From Octopus vulgaris (lineage: Eukaryota), in contig OX597826.1 in NCBI GenBank assembly GCA_951406725.2, positions 57,350,001 to 57,414,000 of the forward strand: a stretch of DNA of 64,000 nt, given 5' to 3'. The position numbers were made by a program, and so were the translations under genes. The notes beneath the pieces are model-generated. The model saw only the letters and a program-made list of their open reading frames with translations. It was not told the origin of the DNA and ran no database searches. This document shows, piece after piece, positions 40,317-55,083 of the stretch. Numbering within the stretch: the stretch's first letter is position 1; every line of letters begins with the position of its first letter.

Positions 40317-40649
40317 TACACAAACACAGAACGCATCACTTCAATTCCATATGTGTATGCACAAATAGCATAGAGCAAACAACATGCACACATACGTACA
40401 TACCTCTAACCAAAACTATAAATTTATATCAAAATATGTGTATACACATACTGTACGCATTTCACATGCAAACATACGTATGTATATAGATGAATAACAA
40501 GACATATACTCAAATATACACATCAACATGCAGGGACACATTAATATAAATTAATATGCATGCACATGCACACACACGAAACACAACTACAAATACATAT
40601 ATGTACATAGATATATACATGAGTATAGATATATACATATATATATTCC

Positions 40650-40661
40650 TATAAAATATAC

Positions 40662-40725
<64 letters not shown>

Positions 40726-40748
40726 TATATATATATGCATATAAAATA

Positions 40749-40786
<38 letters not shown>

Positions 40787-40797
40787 CATATAAAATA

Positions 40798-40846
<49 letters not shown>

Positions 40847-40925
40847 GAGCATATAAAATATACTATTTATATATATATATATATAGGGTATATATATATA
40901 TATAGATGCATATAAAATATACTAT
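40650..40925. repeat. Array of GCATATAAAATATACTA cores separated by variable (TA)n
   Basis: Cores at about 40650 (partial), 40737, 40787, 40849 and 40908. Confidence 0.85.
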
Positions 40926-41971
40926 ACACACACACACACACATATGTGAATCAGCATGCATGGACATAAATTTATATGTAGTACTATTTGAACATATGAC
41001 ACACATGTAGACACACACATACGCACATATGAACAGTAAATCAATGTTTATACATATACACATCTTCATAGAAATTGAAGAAATTGATATATGAACAGCA
41101 TGTCTCTATATGAATTAATATGCATGCAAGCACATGCATGTACACACACACTCACACATACACATGCACATGTGCATGCACTCATACACACACATACATC
41201 AATGGACAAGCATGCACCAATACTGATTGGTATGTTTATACATGATACTAAGGGAATCAAGACATACACATTTACGTATGAAGTACACATACAGTAACAT
41301 ACTTAAAACGCCTGCACATACATCTCTCTCTCTCTCTCTCTCTCTCAATCTCTCTCTCTCTCTCTCTCTCTCAGTCTCTCCGATGCAAGTGCTTCTATCA
41401 ATACATATCGATGCAAGAGCCTCTGTATGCATCAACACACGCTTCTACTTTAAATAGCACACCATGCATTCGTGCATATGCACACGCGCGTGTGTGTATA
41501 CATGTCAATGTACACACTTTAATAAATTAATAGATGTAAATATTCACCTGTATAAAAACTGACTCATACACACACACACACACACAAACATACATGCACA
41601 TATGCATATAGATATCTTATAAACCGTGCACCTGCATATTTCCACAGAAAATGCAGTACTTAGCTAAACCTCTATATGAATTATTGCACATATGCCATTC
41701 TCTGATAAGACTTAGATCGCTTTACTTTAATAATATATCTGTGTATGTTATCTTCTTAACTAGATTTCACAGATTCTCAGTGCTCTCAGGTCAGCCTTAC
41801 CAAGTTCCAATACTCTACTAGCCTTACTTTTGACTTTCATTATAACCAACAATTACTGAACCTGTCTAAAAACTTAACTACACCCATGATCTTTCTATGT
41901 ATGTATAAATGTTTGTGTGCATATATATACGTGTGTACACATGTGTGTGTATTTGTATATGTATGTATATA

Positions 41972-42002
<31 letters not shown>

Positions 42003-42019
42003 CCATATATATATATATA

Positions 42020-42224
42020 GTTAATCCAAACATGAAAGCACAAAAAAACACAACAACGTGAGGATGTGGAACAAATATAGTATTATTGGACGCTCAGGAA
42101 AGAAGGAAAGAAGGAGGGTTTAACATTTCGAGCAGAGCTCTTTGTCGGAAACATAGGAGAAGGAAAGATCCAGAGAAGGGAAGCCAGAGGAAAAAAAAAT
42201 CGACAACGGTACACACGCGGTCAC
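42020..42224 (-). mobile_element. Second hammerhead-bearing short element in a (TA)n tract
   Basis: (TA)n on both sides; reverse complement contains GTTT-CCGACAA-A-GAGC-TCT-GCTC-GAAA-TGTT-AAAC, then TTCCTGAGCGTCCAATAATAC. Confidence 0.6.
42118..42152 (-). ncRNA. Degenerate minimal hammerhead-like motif
   Basis: Same architecture as 32756-32793; core CCGACAA has two deviations from CUGANGA, so it is probably inactive. Confidence 0.45.
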
Positions 42225-42573
42225 ATATATATATATATATACATATATATATATGCATACATACATACACACATATCTAAAAGTATGGTATTTCATCAGA
42301 ACTATTATGTAATTCCGAGACCCAAGAAACATCTAAAAGTGTGTTATATGTATATGCATATTTATGTATATTTATGTGTATTTATGTGCCTCATATCTAT
42401 CTATCTCTCTCTATATTTAGACATAGATATATAGATATTACTTATATGCGTTTTGTGCACATACGTATACATGTATAAATATATATATATATGCATATAA
42501 GTATATATATATATATATATACATATATGTATATATATTTATATATATATATATATATAAATATGTATGTGTG

Positions 42574-42618
<45 letters not shown>

Positions 42619-43218
42619 ATGTATATATGTATAGATAGATAGATAGATAGACAAACAGACAGACAGAAACAGACCCACACATATATCGATATAAAAGACC
42701 ACAAGTATAGAAATCAGCTAAGCCTATTAGATAAAGCATTGAAAAAGATTTGGTCAGGTTCAATAGCTGCTGGTCATAATCACCACAAAAACTTATAACA
42801 GTGTTCAAAACACACAGTGTGCAAAGTTTGGTGATTTATTTTTACATGTGGTAACTAGAGATGTGGTTGCTGCATGCATGCTTGCCTGCACATACGTGCA
42901 CACACTGATGCACAGCTGATTTATGCCTATGCTAGTAGTATGGTTGGTTTAAATTTTTATCATTGGACCAATAGATTTTACTTGATGTCCTTCCTTCCTT
43001 CCTTCCTTCCTTCCTTCTACTAACCACTCTACTATGAAGTATCAGTGGAAAGATGCTTATGTCAGTCAGGCAAAATGGGGCAAGCAGTGCTTCAGGCTAA
43101 GCTCAGAGACAAAAAATGACAGTTGTAGTAAGATATTTCACTGCATGACTACATAAACCAGCACCATAACCTCACACCTATTGTAGGAACTATAAAGGGC
43201 ACAACAGGTTTTGAGATA

Positions 43219-43269
<51 letters not shown>

Positions 43270-43453
43270 TGTGTGTGTGCGCGCACGCATGTGCATGATA
43301 CTTGTATTTTTTACTTTATTGCATTTGTCATTTCTATTTGCAGTCCCAGTTCAAAAAGGATAAATACGTATTTTTCATTGAATCTCAGATTAGCCTTTGT
43401 TATTTATAAACACACACACATACACACACACACATACACACACACATATATAC

Positions 43454-43504
<51 letters not shown>

Positions 43505-44228
43505 TAGATAGATAGATAGATAGACAGATATACTAGCTGACATACTCAACAATTCCCAGAAAAGCAGGGCTTATCCCTTGGTTCCATTCTCATAATTGTT
43601 TTGATAATCCAAAAACAACAACACAATGTATGTAGCCCTTAAAACGGTTTTTGTGCATTTACAGAGACTACCAAACTGTCTTACACAAGATCTTGTTTTT
43701 AGGAATTCCCAATAAGTTATAAATACCCAAATTGTGAAGCCAGGTATGTAATAACATAAAATTAGTTACCTGATGGTAAGAATTCAAATAAAGTAGCCCC
43801 TAGAAGGGCTTTAATGCATTCCCAGAGTATACAGAACGTAGGAGGAAATACTAATAAGGTATGGAGACTAAAATCGTGAAGCATATTATGTAATAAGAGG
43901 CTAATCAGATATGAGATAATAACAATTCAAAGTAAATGACTCTAAAAAGGGCTTTTGCGTATTCTTAGAGAATATTACCCTCAGCGGCACTAGTGTTGGT
44001 ATATTTATGAATAAGTCACTAACTGAAATAAGTGGATCTATTATTTAGGAAAATACCGTTTACTTGTTAAAGGGCTGTACTGGATAAATTGCGAAAATAA
44101 CTAACAGTTCAAATACTAAGAAATAAGCATACTCAATTTGATTTATACCAAATGATTTAGGAAAATGAAAGGGTTATTTCCCTTGACTGTTAAAATGAAA
44201 CATATTATATATATATATATATATATAA

Positions 44229-44400
44229 GGATCCCTTCCAGGGGCCCTATTATCGAATTTTTTCAATAATCTGAGTATGCCATGAGGTTTCCAGGCATGA
44301 GTTCTACTCACGTGTCAAGTTTCATCAAAATCGATAAAATGATGTAGGAAGAGTTAGCTGACAACTCCACAAACACATCCACAGACAGAATTTTCCACAC
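44229..44400 (+). mobile_element. Possible Helitron/Helentron-derived non-autonomous fragment
   Basis: AAGTTTCATCAAAATCGATAAAATGATGTAGGAAGAGTT...ACAGACAGA resembles the motif before the microsatellite in DINE/HINE-like elements. Pattern recall only. Confidence 0.3.
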
Positions 44401-44498
44401 GCACACACACACACACATATATATACATACATACATACATATATGCACACACACATACACACACACACTCATACACATACAGAGAGAAAGAAGACAAG

Positions 44499-44726
44499 TG
44501 ACGTATATGAAGAATGATATTTGAGTAAAATGGGTGAAGTGATCCAAGTGATCTTCTGGCAGGGGAAGAATATGAAAACATGAAAGACATATGTGAGAGA
44601 TGATGTAAACTTAATTTCATGATGGAGATGGCAAAGACTACAGCAAGTTTCATGAAACTGTTTTGAAGCAGACCTCTCCAACCCATGCCAGAATGGAAAA
44701 GCAGACATAAAAAAAAGTGATGATGA
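44499..44726 (+). mobile_element. RTE LINE 3' end (ORF C-terminus plus tail)
   Basis: GRGR / KT*KTYVRDDVNL / MEMAK fragments followed directly by CCAACCCATGCCAGAATGGAAAAGCAGACATAAA...TGATGATG. Confidence 0.7.
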
Positions 44727-46464
44727 GGTGGAAGAGGATAGTAATATAACAGGACAACAGAACTTACACATAACCTTGGGATACTATGAAAGTCGCATAT
44801 TAGCTATGTATAAACAGCCCTTTAGTAGGCCCAGGGGCTATAGTAGAAGACATTTACCAAAACCATGATTGAGAAGCAAACTTCTTAACCACACAGTCAT
44901 ACCTGCATATATATATATCCTTTGTTTGACATCTCTATTATTCATTCAACCTTCTTCTTGCTTTATCTCTCTATCTTACTCTTTGTCTTTGCTCCTTATA
45001 TCATATATTACAACTTATGTCATATCCCCAGTTAAAACATATGTTACAAACTATATCATGTGTCTCTTGTCTAACCAGAATAAAGGTGATAGGTTATCAC
45101 AAGTGTGGAATTTTATTCAGTAATGGTGCAATATTGCCATATAATTACATTCAATGGATGGGTTTTGCATTCAGATATTAGCCAGGAAAAATATCATAGT
45201 AAACACATTTGTCTTGGATAAACTATTTAAATACAATGAATTTTCCTATCAATCTTCCAGTCTCTTCATACACAACAAAATTATTGAATGCATAAATATC
45301 TAATAAAGATAAAAGGTCTTTTTCCTACCACTGAAATTCAGGTGGCAATAAAAATATCCACAATAATGAAAAAGCTTACACATACATTTGCATCAAACAC
45401 ACCACTTTCTCTCTCTCTCTCTCTTATTCACACACACATACACATGTATAATCAAAGTAACAGCAGGATACTACAAGGCACACTCTTTATGTTGCTAGTT
45501 TCTTTTCTTGCAAACTTTTGCTCAAAGACAAGAAGGCTAGTCAAGAAAATATGTGTAAAAGAAATGTTCAATACATAAACAGCACAGACCTGAACAGAGG
45601 AAAAAAGCACAATACGTATATCAATAGATTTTTCTATGATTCATATATTCCATACATACAGTAGATGTAATACGTTGTGCTGTTCCTGCAAGGGTCTTAC
45701 TAGTGTGATGTTTCAAATTTTAGTGCTGTATTTATAACATTTTTAAACATATTTCAGCATGATTCATACCAATCCTCATTCATTTGTTTCTGAAATGATT
45801 CTTCATACTAATATGAACATCAATGTTACCTCAAAGTGGAAGCCTCTATGCAGTTGCTCAATTCGCTAGAAAAAGAAGCCAAATCACCCTCACATAACAT
45901 TACCACCTTTACAAAGGATGATCTTTGATCATAGGTCTTCTCTATTAGAGTTAATCTGGGGCTAAAAATAATTATTATCTAAGGCTACAGGACAGTGATT
46001 GGTTAAATCATCGACTTATAAAAATAAAAACCATGTCTTTTAGTGTTTATTTTGTTTCTTTATTTCTTTGTTTTTTAATTAAGATCTGAGCTCAAATGCT
46101 ATCATGGTTGACTTTGTCTTTCTTCCCTCCAGGATGGGTAAACTATAGTACCAGTGAAGTACTGGGATCAATGTAATAATCAACTAACACCTTCTCCTCA
46201 AAAATTGCTGGTTTTGTGCCTAGATTGGAAACAATTATTAAATGCCTCAAAAGTTTGATAATCCACCATTACAATACAAGCAGTACATATATATTGCATT
46301 ATATTATTGTATGATATATATTTTGTTTGTAAAGTCTTTTTAAAACACTGATTTAATCATTAAGGATTAAGACTACTCTGGGCTATAATTGGCAATTTGA
46401 ATATTGTCACTGTACTATTTCCATGCCTAAGACAGTTTAATGCTTACTAGATCATGAACACACA

Positions 46465-46519
<55 letters not shown>

Positions 46520-46788
46520 TCCTTGCAAGTGTGTGTGTGTAAATAAGTACTACAATTAGATACCGCTTATGTCTGTAAGCTGTAGGAGTCCCGTCTAGTT
46601 AACAAACTTTCTTTTAAACTTGTTGAGCTGTAATCAGACTATATTACCATCTTGAAAAAGTACATATAAACTTTCTCTTAATGACTGACTTCCACTCATC
46701 TCAACAGGGCATCAATTCCAACTGAGCAGAAAACAGTAGCACACAATCGAAAACTGTTACTAATAAAATTTGAGATACAATTTTAAAA

Positions 46789-46841
<53 letters not shown>

Positions 46842-48274
46842 AAGATTTGCAGAACACCACAGGAAATACCCAAGGGAACAGCATTTTATTTCTTAGACTT
46901 CAAATGACTCAAGCCATGTGGCTGTAAGCAGAAAAGAAACACTTTATCACAAAAACCCATGCCATGACTGTTAGATATTATCTTGTCAGACTGTGTTCAA
47001 ATTCTGGAGGTAATAATTGGGAGAGAAGTGTACACCATCAAGCTGATTTACCATAGGTAATATACAAAAAGATGAAGATTTCTGTGGTTGTTCTTGGCAT
47101 ATTTTAAATACTAACCACAATGAGGTCTGTGACTAATTATTTGATAGTAAATAGACTGGGTTACAAGACTAATCTATCTCACAATCATTGTCCCTAAATC
47201 CCTTTTGTATCTCTTCTGAAAGTCTAAAATTTAACCTCTGTCTGTCTGTCTCTGTCTCTGTCTCTCTCTATCTTCACACACACACACATACACATCATCT
47301 ACAATCAAATCACATTTTAAGCCAGACATGCACTGCTTCTGTGGATAGAGAACGAGAACATAGGCTTCATAAAATATCTTCCAATGCAGTTGTAAAAGAA
47401 TTTAGTCTTCTTGAAAAGTACACAAACTTCTTTGAACTACAGTAGAAAACTTTGAATGAATATTTAGTGAGTTGGAGGAAGCTGATTTTCATATTTACTA
47501 GAGTCTTAATAATTGTTATTTGATTTATTTCATGGAAGTCTAGCAACTGTTTAAGCATGTTTTTTCAATAGTTTGGTGTAAGTCATTCATTTCCTTGGTG
47601 CAAATACATTTCCAAGTAAAATTCATTCAACAATCATTGTTTATGATGGTTAGTGAACAATCACTGAACAATCAATCTTTTTATGATAGCAAATGCATAT
47701 TCATTTTTCCTAATAAATTTGGATCAAATCCTAGTCAGCTTGAAAAATTTATTCTAACCTCAGCTCTGCTGAAGTGTGATAAATATTTATAATAATGACA
47801 GCTACTCTATTATTCTATTATTATTCTAAAGATATAAACCAACCCATGGCCAGGAGACTTTAATAACAATCTAACAACAATAGTCATTGTTCTTTTAGAA
47901 GCAGTGATAAATGATTTTAAAAAGGATAAAGTAACAAAATAAAATATAGTTTGATAATTTCTAAATTGGAATATTCATTGGTGTTAGAAAACTCATTGGC
48001 TGTTACTAACTAGAACAAAGAAAGTATTTTCAAACTTATTTTACACTCAAATTAACATTTGTTGTTCTTGTTCTATTTTTGTCTGTCAATGAGGAGGTGG
48101 GAGTTGAAGTTCCAAACAATGTTGTTGAGTCAGTGATTAAGGGCCTCGGGTCTACATAATCGAGAACACTAATCACTTTTAAGTTCTCATAAAGGTTACA
48201 GATACTACTTTATTTTGTAGAATACATGTATGTGTATATGCATATGAGTGAGTATGTATGTATGTATGTATGTG

Positions 48275-48315
<41 letters not shown>

Positions 48316-48317
48316 GT

Positions 48318-48351
<34 letters not shown>

Positions 48352-49688
48352 TTATGTAAATGTGTATGTGTGTGATATAAACTCTGAAAATATATGCATA
48401 TATACACATATATCGTATTATCTAAAACAAGTGTGATCAACAGAATAAAGAAAACAAGAGCAACATAGATAAATAAAAATATAGCTATTAGGCTATCATA
48501 GAAGAGATTACTTACTTAATTCCTAGTTAGTTCCCTTTATAGGATTCCAGCAATGCAGTTAGTTGAAATGAAATTATGGTAATGACAATGTGCAAATAAT
48601 TGCTTCAAGAAAAAGAGATCACGAGTGAAAGATGCAAGAATGGTAGGTAGAAATTATCAAATAGACCATTAGATGGAAATTATTGGCTAACCCACAATTA
48701 AAAACCAGAAGACGTAAAATAAACTAAAGATACTGAAACTAAGAATGGAGACAGAGAAAGGGGAAGAGAAAATGGGAGTCGTTATTTACTGGGATTAACC
48801 AGAAATTTCAAAGAGTACAGAATCTATTTGTTTTGTCATCATTGAATTTTCTAGAAAATGGTATTCACTTGCGGCAGTAAGTCTATATGGAAGAGAAGGA
48901 CATAGCAACTATAATGATAAACAAAACAGTGAAGATATTGAATAAATGATGGCAGCTACATACACAAATACACAGATAAAAATATATGTGAAAATATATA
49001 TAATGTAAACAACACACACTCACACACACACACACACACACACGCATGTATGAGTATGTGTATATCTATTTGTGTGTGTATGTGTGTGTTCATGAGCACA
49101 TATACAAACACATGGCTATAGACAGTTATATACATATGTAAGTGCATATATGCATATATGTACTCACATATGCAAACAGACGTACATATATAGATATAAA
49201 TATGTATGTATATATGTATAAACATACATACACACACACATATTTGTGTATATTATATTGAAACTACATCCTATGTTCTAACTTCGTCTTTTATAATTGA
49301 AATTTTCTTGTTACCTGATCTGTTTAGTCTGTTTGGAATAATTTATCTTTAATTAACATTCCCAAACCATCCTCAGCCTCATCTTCAGGAGAAAAAAATA
49401 GTTTAGGCTTCTGTGATACCCTTTTTATAGTGCAGTTTATGTTTATACAAACTTTCATGCTGGAATTTGACCATTACAGAACTGGAGTTCTATATCAGAG
49501 TTGTGATGCGTAGGTATTGTGATGCATAGATATTATATGTTAATTGTATCCCTGTGTTGCAATATTAGTTCAGCTTCCATAATATATTATATATTTATGT
49601 AGGAAATTCTATAAAGTGAGGAAGTGTTTCTGTTAAAATATTTCAATCTAACTGCGTTTTATGGTGTGTAATGTAATGTGTTGCAATT

Positions 49689-50017
49689 AAGTTAAGTTAA
49701 TTTTTTGGCTCAAAAAGCAAAAAGCAAGGCCATGTAGGGGGACATGGAGTTATGTACAGAGTAGTGTTCATGCAAAGAGTTCATGCCATTTCTGGTCAAG
49801 AGAGACTTTGAACCGAGCGGTCGTCAGCATCTTCACTATCTCGTCCAGCAGCTTATTCCACGGATCCGCAACCCGGACGGAGAAAGCCCCTCTCCTTCGA
49901 ATGAGATGAAATCGTCGCAGATAGAGCTTTTCGGAGTGACCCCGCAGCCGATGCTCTAGAGCAGGAGTGAAGAAGAGCTCTTTCGAGAGGTTACACTTTC
50001 CGCTTATGATGTTGTGA
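49689..50017 (-). mobile_element. 5'-truncated CR1/L2-clade LINE 3' end, young
   Basis: Uninterrupted frame HNIISGK...LRGHSEKLYLRRFHLIRRRGAFSVRVADPWNKL...FKVSLDQKW* matches the RGH..KL...R..FS.RV...WN.L motif. Short 3' UTR, (AACTT)n tail, possible GCAATT duplication at 49683-49688 and 50018-50023. Confidence 0.85.
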
Positions 50018-52936
50018 GCAATTGATCCTTGTTTCAAAATCAGTCTTGAGCTTACAAGAGGATGCTGTACTAATCTGGCCAGTTGTAAGTAATATTTGGA
50101 ATTTGTGAAGTTTTTACTTTCACTTTTATGTTTAGATTTATATATTATATTGATTATCCTAAGTTTGTTCTCGAAATGTGTTTAATCTTATCGTTCATGA
50201 AATCTATAATTAGTGTCAATCTTGTAGTGACATATAATATGTATTGTTTTATGAGATTTTTTATTGCATGTTCATCTGTTCTATCTGGTATGCATTTGAT
50301 TCATATAATATGCACCATGTGTAATATGTGCACTATGTATTACACATAAGTGTCATCAATAGCTGACTAAACAGAGTGGGAAGGTATATTAACATCTGGC
50401 TCTACTTCCATGACTTTGATGTACTAATCTGACAGTGTTTAAAGTATGTTATTTTATACCAACCTCTATATGCAACCTCTTTTAAGGTAAATTAAACAGT
50501 ATGCCTGCAATCTATCTTCTTTATCTGTATTTCAAACTTTTTTTAGATAGGTGTAGGCTTGGCTGTGTGGTAATCTAAGTTTGAATCTGCTAAGTGTCTT
50601 CTATACTGAGAATCTCTGGATCTCATCTGTGGGCTATATATATATATATATAGCCATATACGTATGCATATACACACACACACAGAAATTGCCATGCTGA
50701 TGATGCACCATAAGGTAGAAAGATGTGTCCACAATTGTCCTCTTATCTCTAGGCATTAAGTCTGTCATTTTTCTTAATGGCAGACTTCAGAGAACTTTTA
50801 ATTCTTGAGATAATATCTCCTTCTCAGATGGGGGTGGTATCAATTACCGTTTGCTAATTGTGAAACACTCTCAAGAGGTGGAGATCATGTTAATAAATCA
50901 AGAATATATGTTACATGTTTATTATTTGATATACCTGTATTTGTCTATGTTGCACATTTATACACCTATTTACACACATATATGTATATACATATATATA
51001 TAAATAAATACACATACATGTATTGACATACACATATATATAAATACACATGCATGTACAGACATTCAGCCATATCCAACATAAACACCTTTATATTTAC
51101 ATATGTTTCTATGAACACACAGACAAATGCATGAATGCACTTATGCATATACACATGTAGGTGTTTACATGCATTTATATAACAGTGCTTGTGTTTGCAT
51201 GGGATATATTTCTTTTTTAACCACTCAGTTTTAAAGATTTTAGAATATTATGTGCATGTGTATGCACCTGTGTTTGTGAGTGTGCGAGTGCGGGTGTTTG
51301 TATGAGAAAAGGATAGATAATGGTGGGTTAGTTGGTGGCGGTGGTGGTGGTGGTGGTGGTGATGCACATAGAGATACTTCGTATAAATTCAGATTGGAAT
51401 CTGTGTTGGATATAATACAAACTGACAAATTTTTATTTTCTCTCCACTTCCTTTCCTCTTTCTATCCATTTTGGCATATACTTTCTGTTCTTCCCAAACC
51501 ACCAACACTACCACCAACACCACCATCACACTCAGTTCCCTTTGTTATTTACTTCATTTCCAATATCGTGAATCATCAGTCAAGGATTTTTCTTTTAGTT
51601 TGGGGCTAGAATAATTCTTTATTAGTCTATGTAGGAAAACCTCCCATTTTCTAAGAAGGCAGGTTTTCTTATTATATAATTCCTTATTGGCAAATCACTA
51701 AACACAAAAACAACAAAAATGAACCAACCATGTATAGATATCTACCTTATATTTAACAGAACATTCCAAAGTTTTTCTATTCACATTCAATAACTTTATT
51801 TGATAATAGATTTAAAGATTTTTTTTGTATGAGGAAAAACATATAAATAAAATTAAAAATCAAGAACCACAACCACAAAAGCAACAACAAAAAGAATCTA
51901 TTTTTCCAGAAAATGGTTGCATTCATATTTTATCTTTCTTTAAATTTCTTCATACTTTATTTGACAATTTCAAACTATTCTTCATGAAAGATAATTACAT
52001 AAAAATTTTAGCTTATATTTTAAAGTATTTTAAGAACTGAAAAAGTTGTTTCACGTTTGCATTTATCAAGATGTCGTAGCAGTATCTTAAGGAACTGGCG
52101 GCAAATTTCAACCTTATTATAATGGTTTGAATTTCACAAAAACGTCAAGGAATTTATATTTCCTTGCTGTTTCAGTTATTATAGCAAGGAATTTATATTT
52201 TATACTTATTTTCCTCTTCATAATATCCTGAATCAGATAAAGGTTTAAAAAGCATCATACAAGTAAAAATATTTCTCCTGGCCCTTAAATCTCGAAGGCC
52301 TTGTATCTGGAAGAAAAGGACCCCTCCTTCTACATCTCTAAAAGTTTTGTTTGATATAACTTGGAAAGAAACTTACTGTAAATTTTTAGGTTAGTGTAAA
52401 GAGAGGTTAGCAAATGAAAATATTTGCTTCATTTGAACTGAAAAGCTCTGTTCAGTAATTATCCAGGAAGCAAGTTATTCAAAATAGATACCTACTGCCA
52501 AATATTGACTTTCAGGTAAATAACCATGAAAGTGGTTTCTTAAATTTCAAGTTTAGAAGTTAAATTTGCCAAAAGACACACATATGCGAGTATAATAATC
52601 TTAGTTAAAACAAAATGTTGCTTTAGAGTACCAAGTTCTCTACTACCACACTTGTGAAACCACACCATTTACATTGCTAATAGCTTTAGTGAAATCACGA
52701 GTATTACAATTATATATTCTCAATAGTAAATCTGAGATTTAACATGCCATTAAAACCACTAAGACATGTTATAGGATGTAAATATGATATAAACTGTAAC
52801 ACTGTAAGTTCTCAGTGAACTCACTCTATAATCTCATTTGAAATTTTCAGATGAAATTGTTTTCATGTATAAACATAGAGCATCCAAGGAAATGTATATC
52901 CCGCTTAAACTTATGGTTGAATAAGTAGACAAATAT

Positions 52937-53275
52937 AAAAGGGTAAAGACCCCCTTCGGTCATGAATGACCATGGGATTGCAACTAGAAAGTTACCCTCC
53001 TAGTCACAAGTCTGGGCATGGTGGTTTATGGAAGACCAGCTGTCGCCCATGCATACCAGCCTCCCCTCTCCACGCCACCAGTGTTATCCAAGGGAAAGAC
53101 AAAGGTCGATACAGCTTGGCACCAGTGATGTCGCAACTCATTTCTACAGCGGAGTGAACTGGAGCAACGTGAAATAAAGTGCCTTGCTCAAGAACACAAC
53201 ACGCAGCCCGGTCCGGGATTCGAGCTCACAACCTCACGATCGTAAGCTCGACGCTCTAACCACTGAGCCATGCGC
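52937..53275 (-). mobile_element. tRNA-derived CORE-like SINE, family D, young copy
   Basis: Reverse complement: GCGCATGGCTCAGTGGTTAGAGCG...GCTCGAATCCC head, then TTGAGCAAGGCACTTTATTTCACGTTGCTCCAGTTCACTCCGCTGTAGAAATG (CORE-like); CpG-rich. Confidence 0.88.
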
Positions 53276-53453
53276 ACTGTCCTAACAGTAAAAGAGAAAA
53301 AACAGGGGTGAGACAACTCACATATTAAGAATGATAGCACCATTTAGTGGAAAGGTTAACATTTGTATGAGAAAGGGCATAATTGATTAAACTGATCTGC
53401 TCTACACTGCATATTTGATGGTAATAAAAATTCAACATTGCAAAAATTTCCAT

Positions 53454-53466
53454 CCACCAGGTGGCA
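53454..53466 (+). promoter_or_regulatory. CTCF-like motif CCACCAGGTGGCA
   Basis: 13-bp match to the core CTCF consensus in otherwise AT-rich DNA; motif match only. Confidence 0.3.
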
Positions 53467-54420
53467 AAATAACATTAAATGCTGCTAACCAAACTATCAT
53501 TTTGATGGTGGTGTTGGTATTGGTGGTGTTAAGGTGTTGGTGGTGGTGGTAGTGATGGTTGTTTGTGGTGATGATGAATTCCGACACTGGAACAGTGTGA
53601 CAGATTTTAGGGAACAGTTCAAAGGAATAACACCCAGTATAATTAAATATCATGAAAAAAATTAATCCAGAACTAAAGATAGCAGTCAAACCTCCCTCAA
53701 ATTCTACCGTACTGTCTTAAGAAAAAACCAGAAATGACATTAGATAATTCAGTTCTGGATATAGTATGACTAAAAAATAAAAAATAAAAGAAAAAATTTG
53801 GATAGCTGGACTCTGATCATATCTGTGGTTGATCAGGAGTGAGCTTGGATTCAACAAAAAGTTGCCACCAACTAGCTGGAAAAAATAGTTATTTGAGAAT
53901 ATTTGTTTCTAATACACTAGCCATAATAAATAAAAATAATAAAAGGGGGAAAAATCATTAATTTAAGCATGAAACATTATTGAAATAGGTGAAATCATAA
54001 ACAACTTAGGAGGCAGAAATAAAAAAAAGCAAAAAAATATCAGAAGAAAAGTAAATATATGTATAAAAAAAAGAGAAAAGTACATTTAATAATAAACAAA
54101 AATTGTGTGAACAATGTTTGGCTTATTGCCAAAATTATTTTCTTTACCGAATGGTAACTTTAAGAGTAGTGAGTGGCAGGAGAGAGACTGTTCTTGTAGC
54201 CTCTCCCCTATTCTAGCCCTTACAACACCTCATAACTATTCTGACAAACCTCCACCACCAATCAACAGTTTGCTTATCTTCCCCTCTGAAGTTGTTAACA
54301 TAAATCTATCCTCTCCCCACCTTTCCAGATTGTTGAACCTGTAATTAGCAGGGGATAAGCAGTAGGAGGGAGGCAGGTGGTGGTGTGGTCTCCAGCCTCT
54401 CTTTGTGTGTGAGAGAGAGG

Positions 54421-54452
<32 letters not shown>

Positions 54453-54634
54453 GAGAGACAGCGAGACAGAAAGAGGTGTGAGTGGGTGGGCGAATGTCTA
54501 GCTGCAGTCAACATTTACTTTGTAAATATTGACTATATAGGTTTCTGCTGTGATGAGCTACAAGTGTGTGTGTACATGTGTGTGTGCGTGCGTGTGTATG
54601 TGTTTGTGTATGTGTGAGTGTGTGTGTGTGTGTG

Positions 54635-54665
<31 letters not shown>

Positions 54666-54749
54666 GCGAGCATGTGTGTGTGTATGAACCTAAACAGAGT
54701 ATATACCTCCCCACCCAATTTTGTTAGTTATTGGTGGCATTTATAAGAA

Positions 54750-54762
54750 TCATCATCATCAC

Positions 54763-54810
<48 letters not shown>

Positions 54811-54897
54811 CATTATTATTGTTATCATTATTATTATCATTATTATTATTATCATTATTACTATTACTATTATTATTATTATCATTATTACTATTAC

Positions 54898-54969
<72 letters not shown>

Positions 54970-55034
54970 CATTATTATTATCATTATTACTATTACTATT
55001 ATTATTATTATTATTATAATTATCATTATTATTA

Positions 55035-55083
<49 letters not shown>

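Noticed and set aside
53195-53275. Genuine tRNA gene (also 34661-34735 and 7102-7175)
   Set aside because: A/B boxes are present but the acceptor stems are not convincing, and each continues into a multi-copy SINE body.
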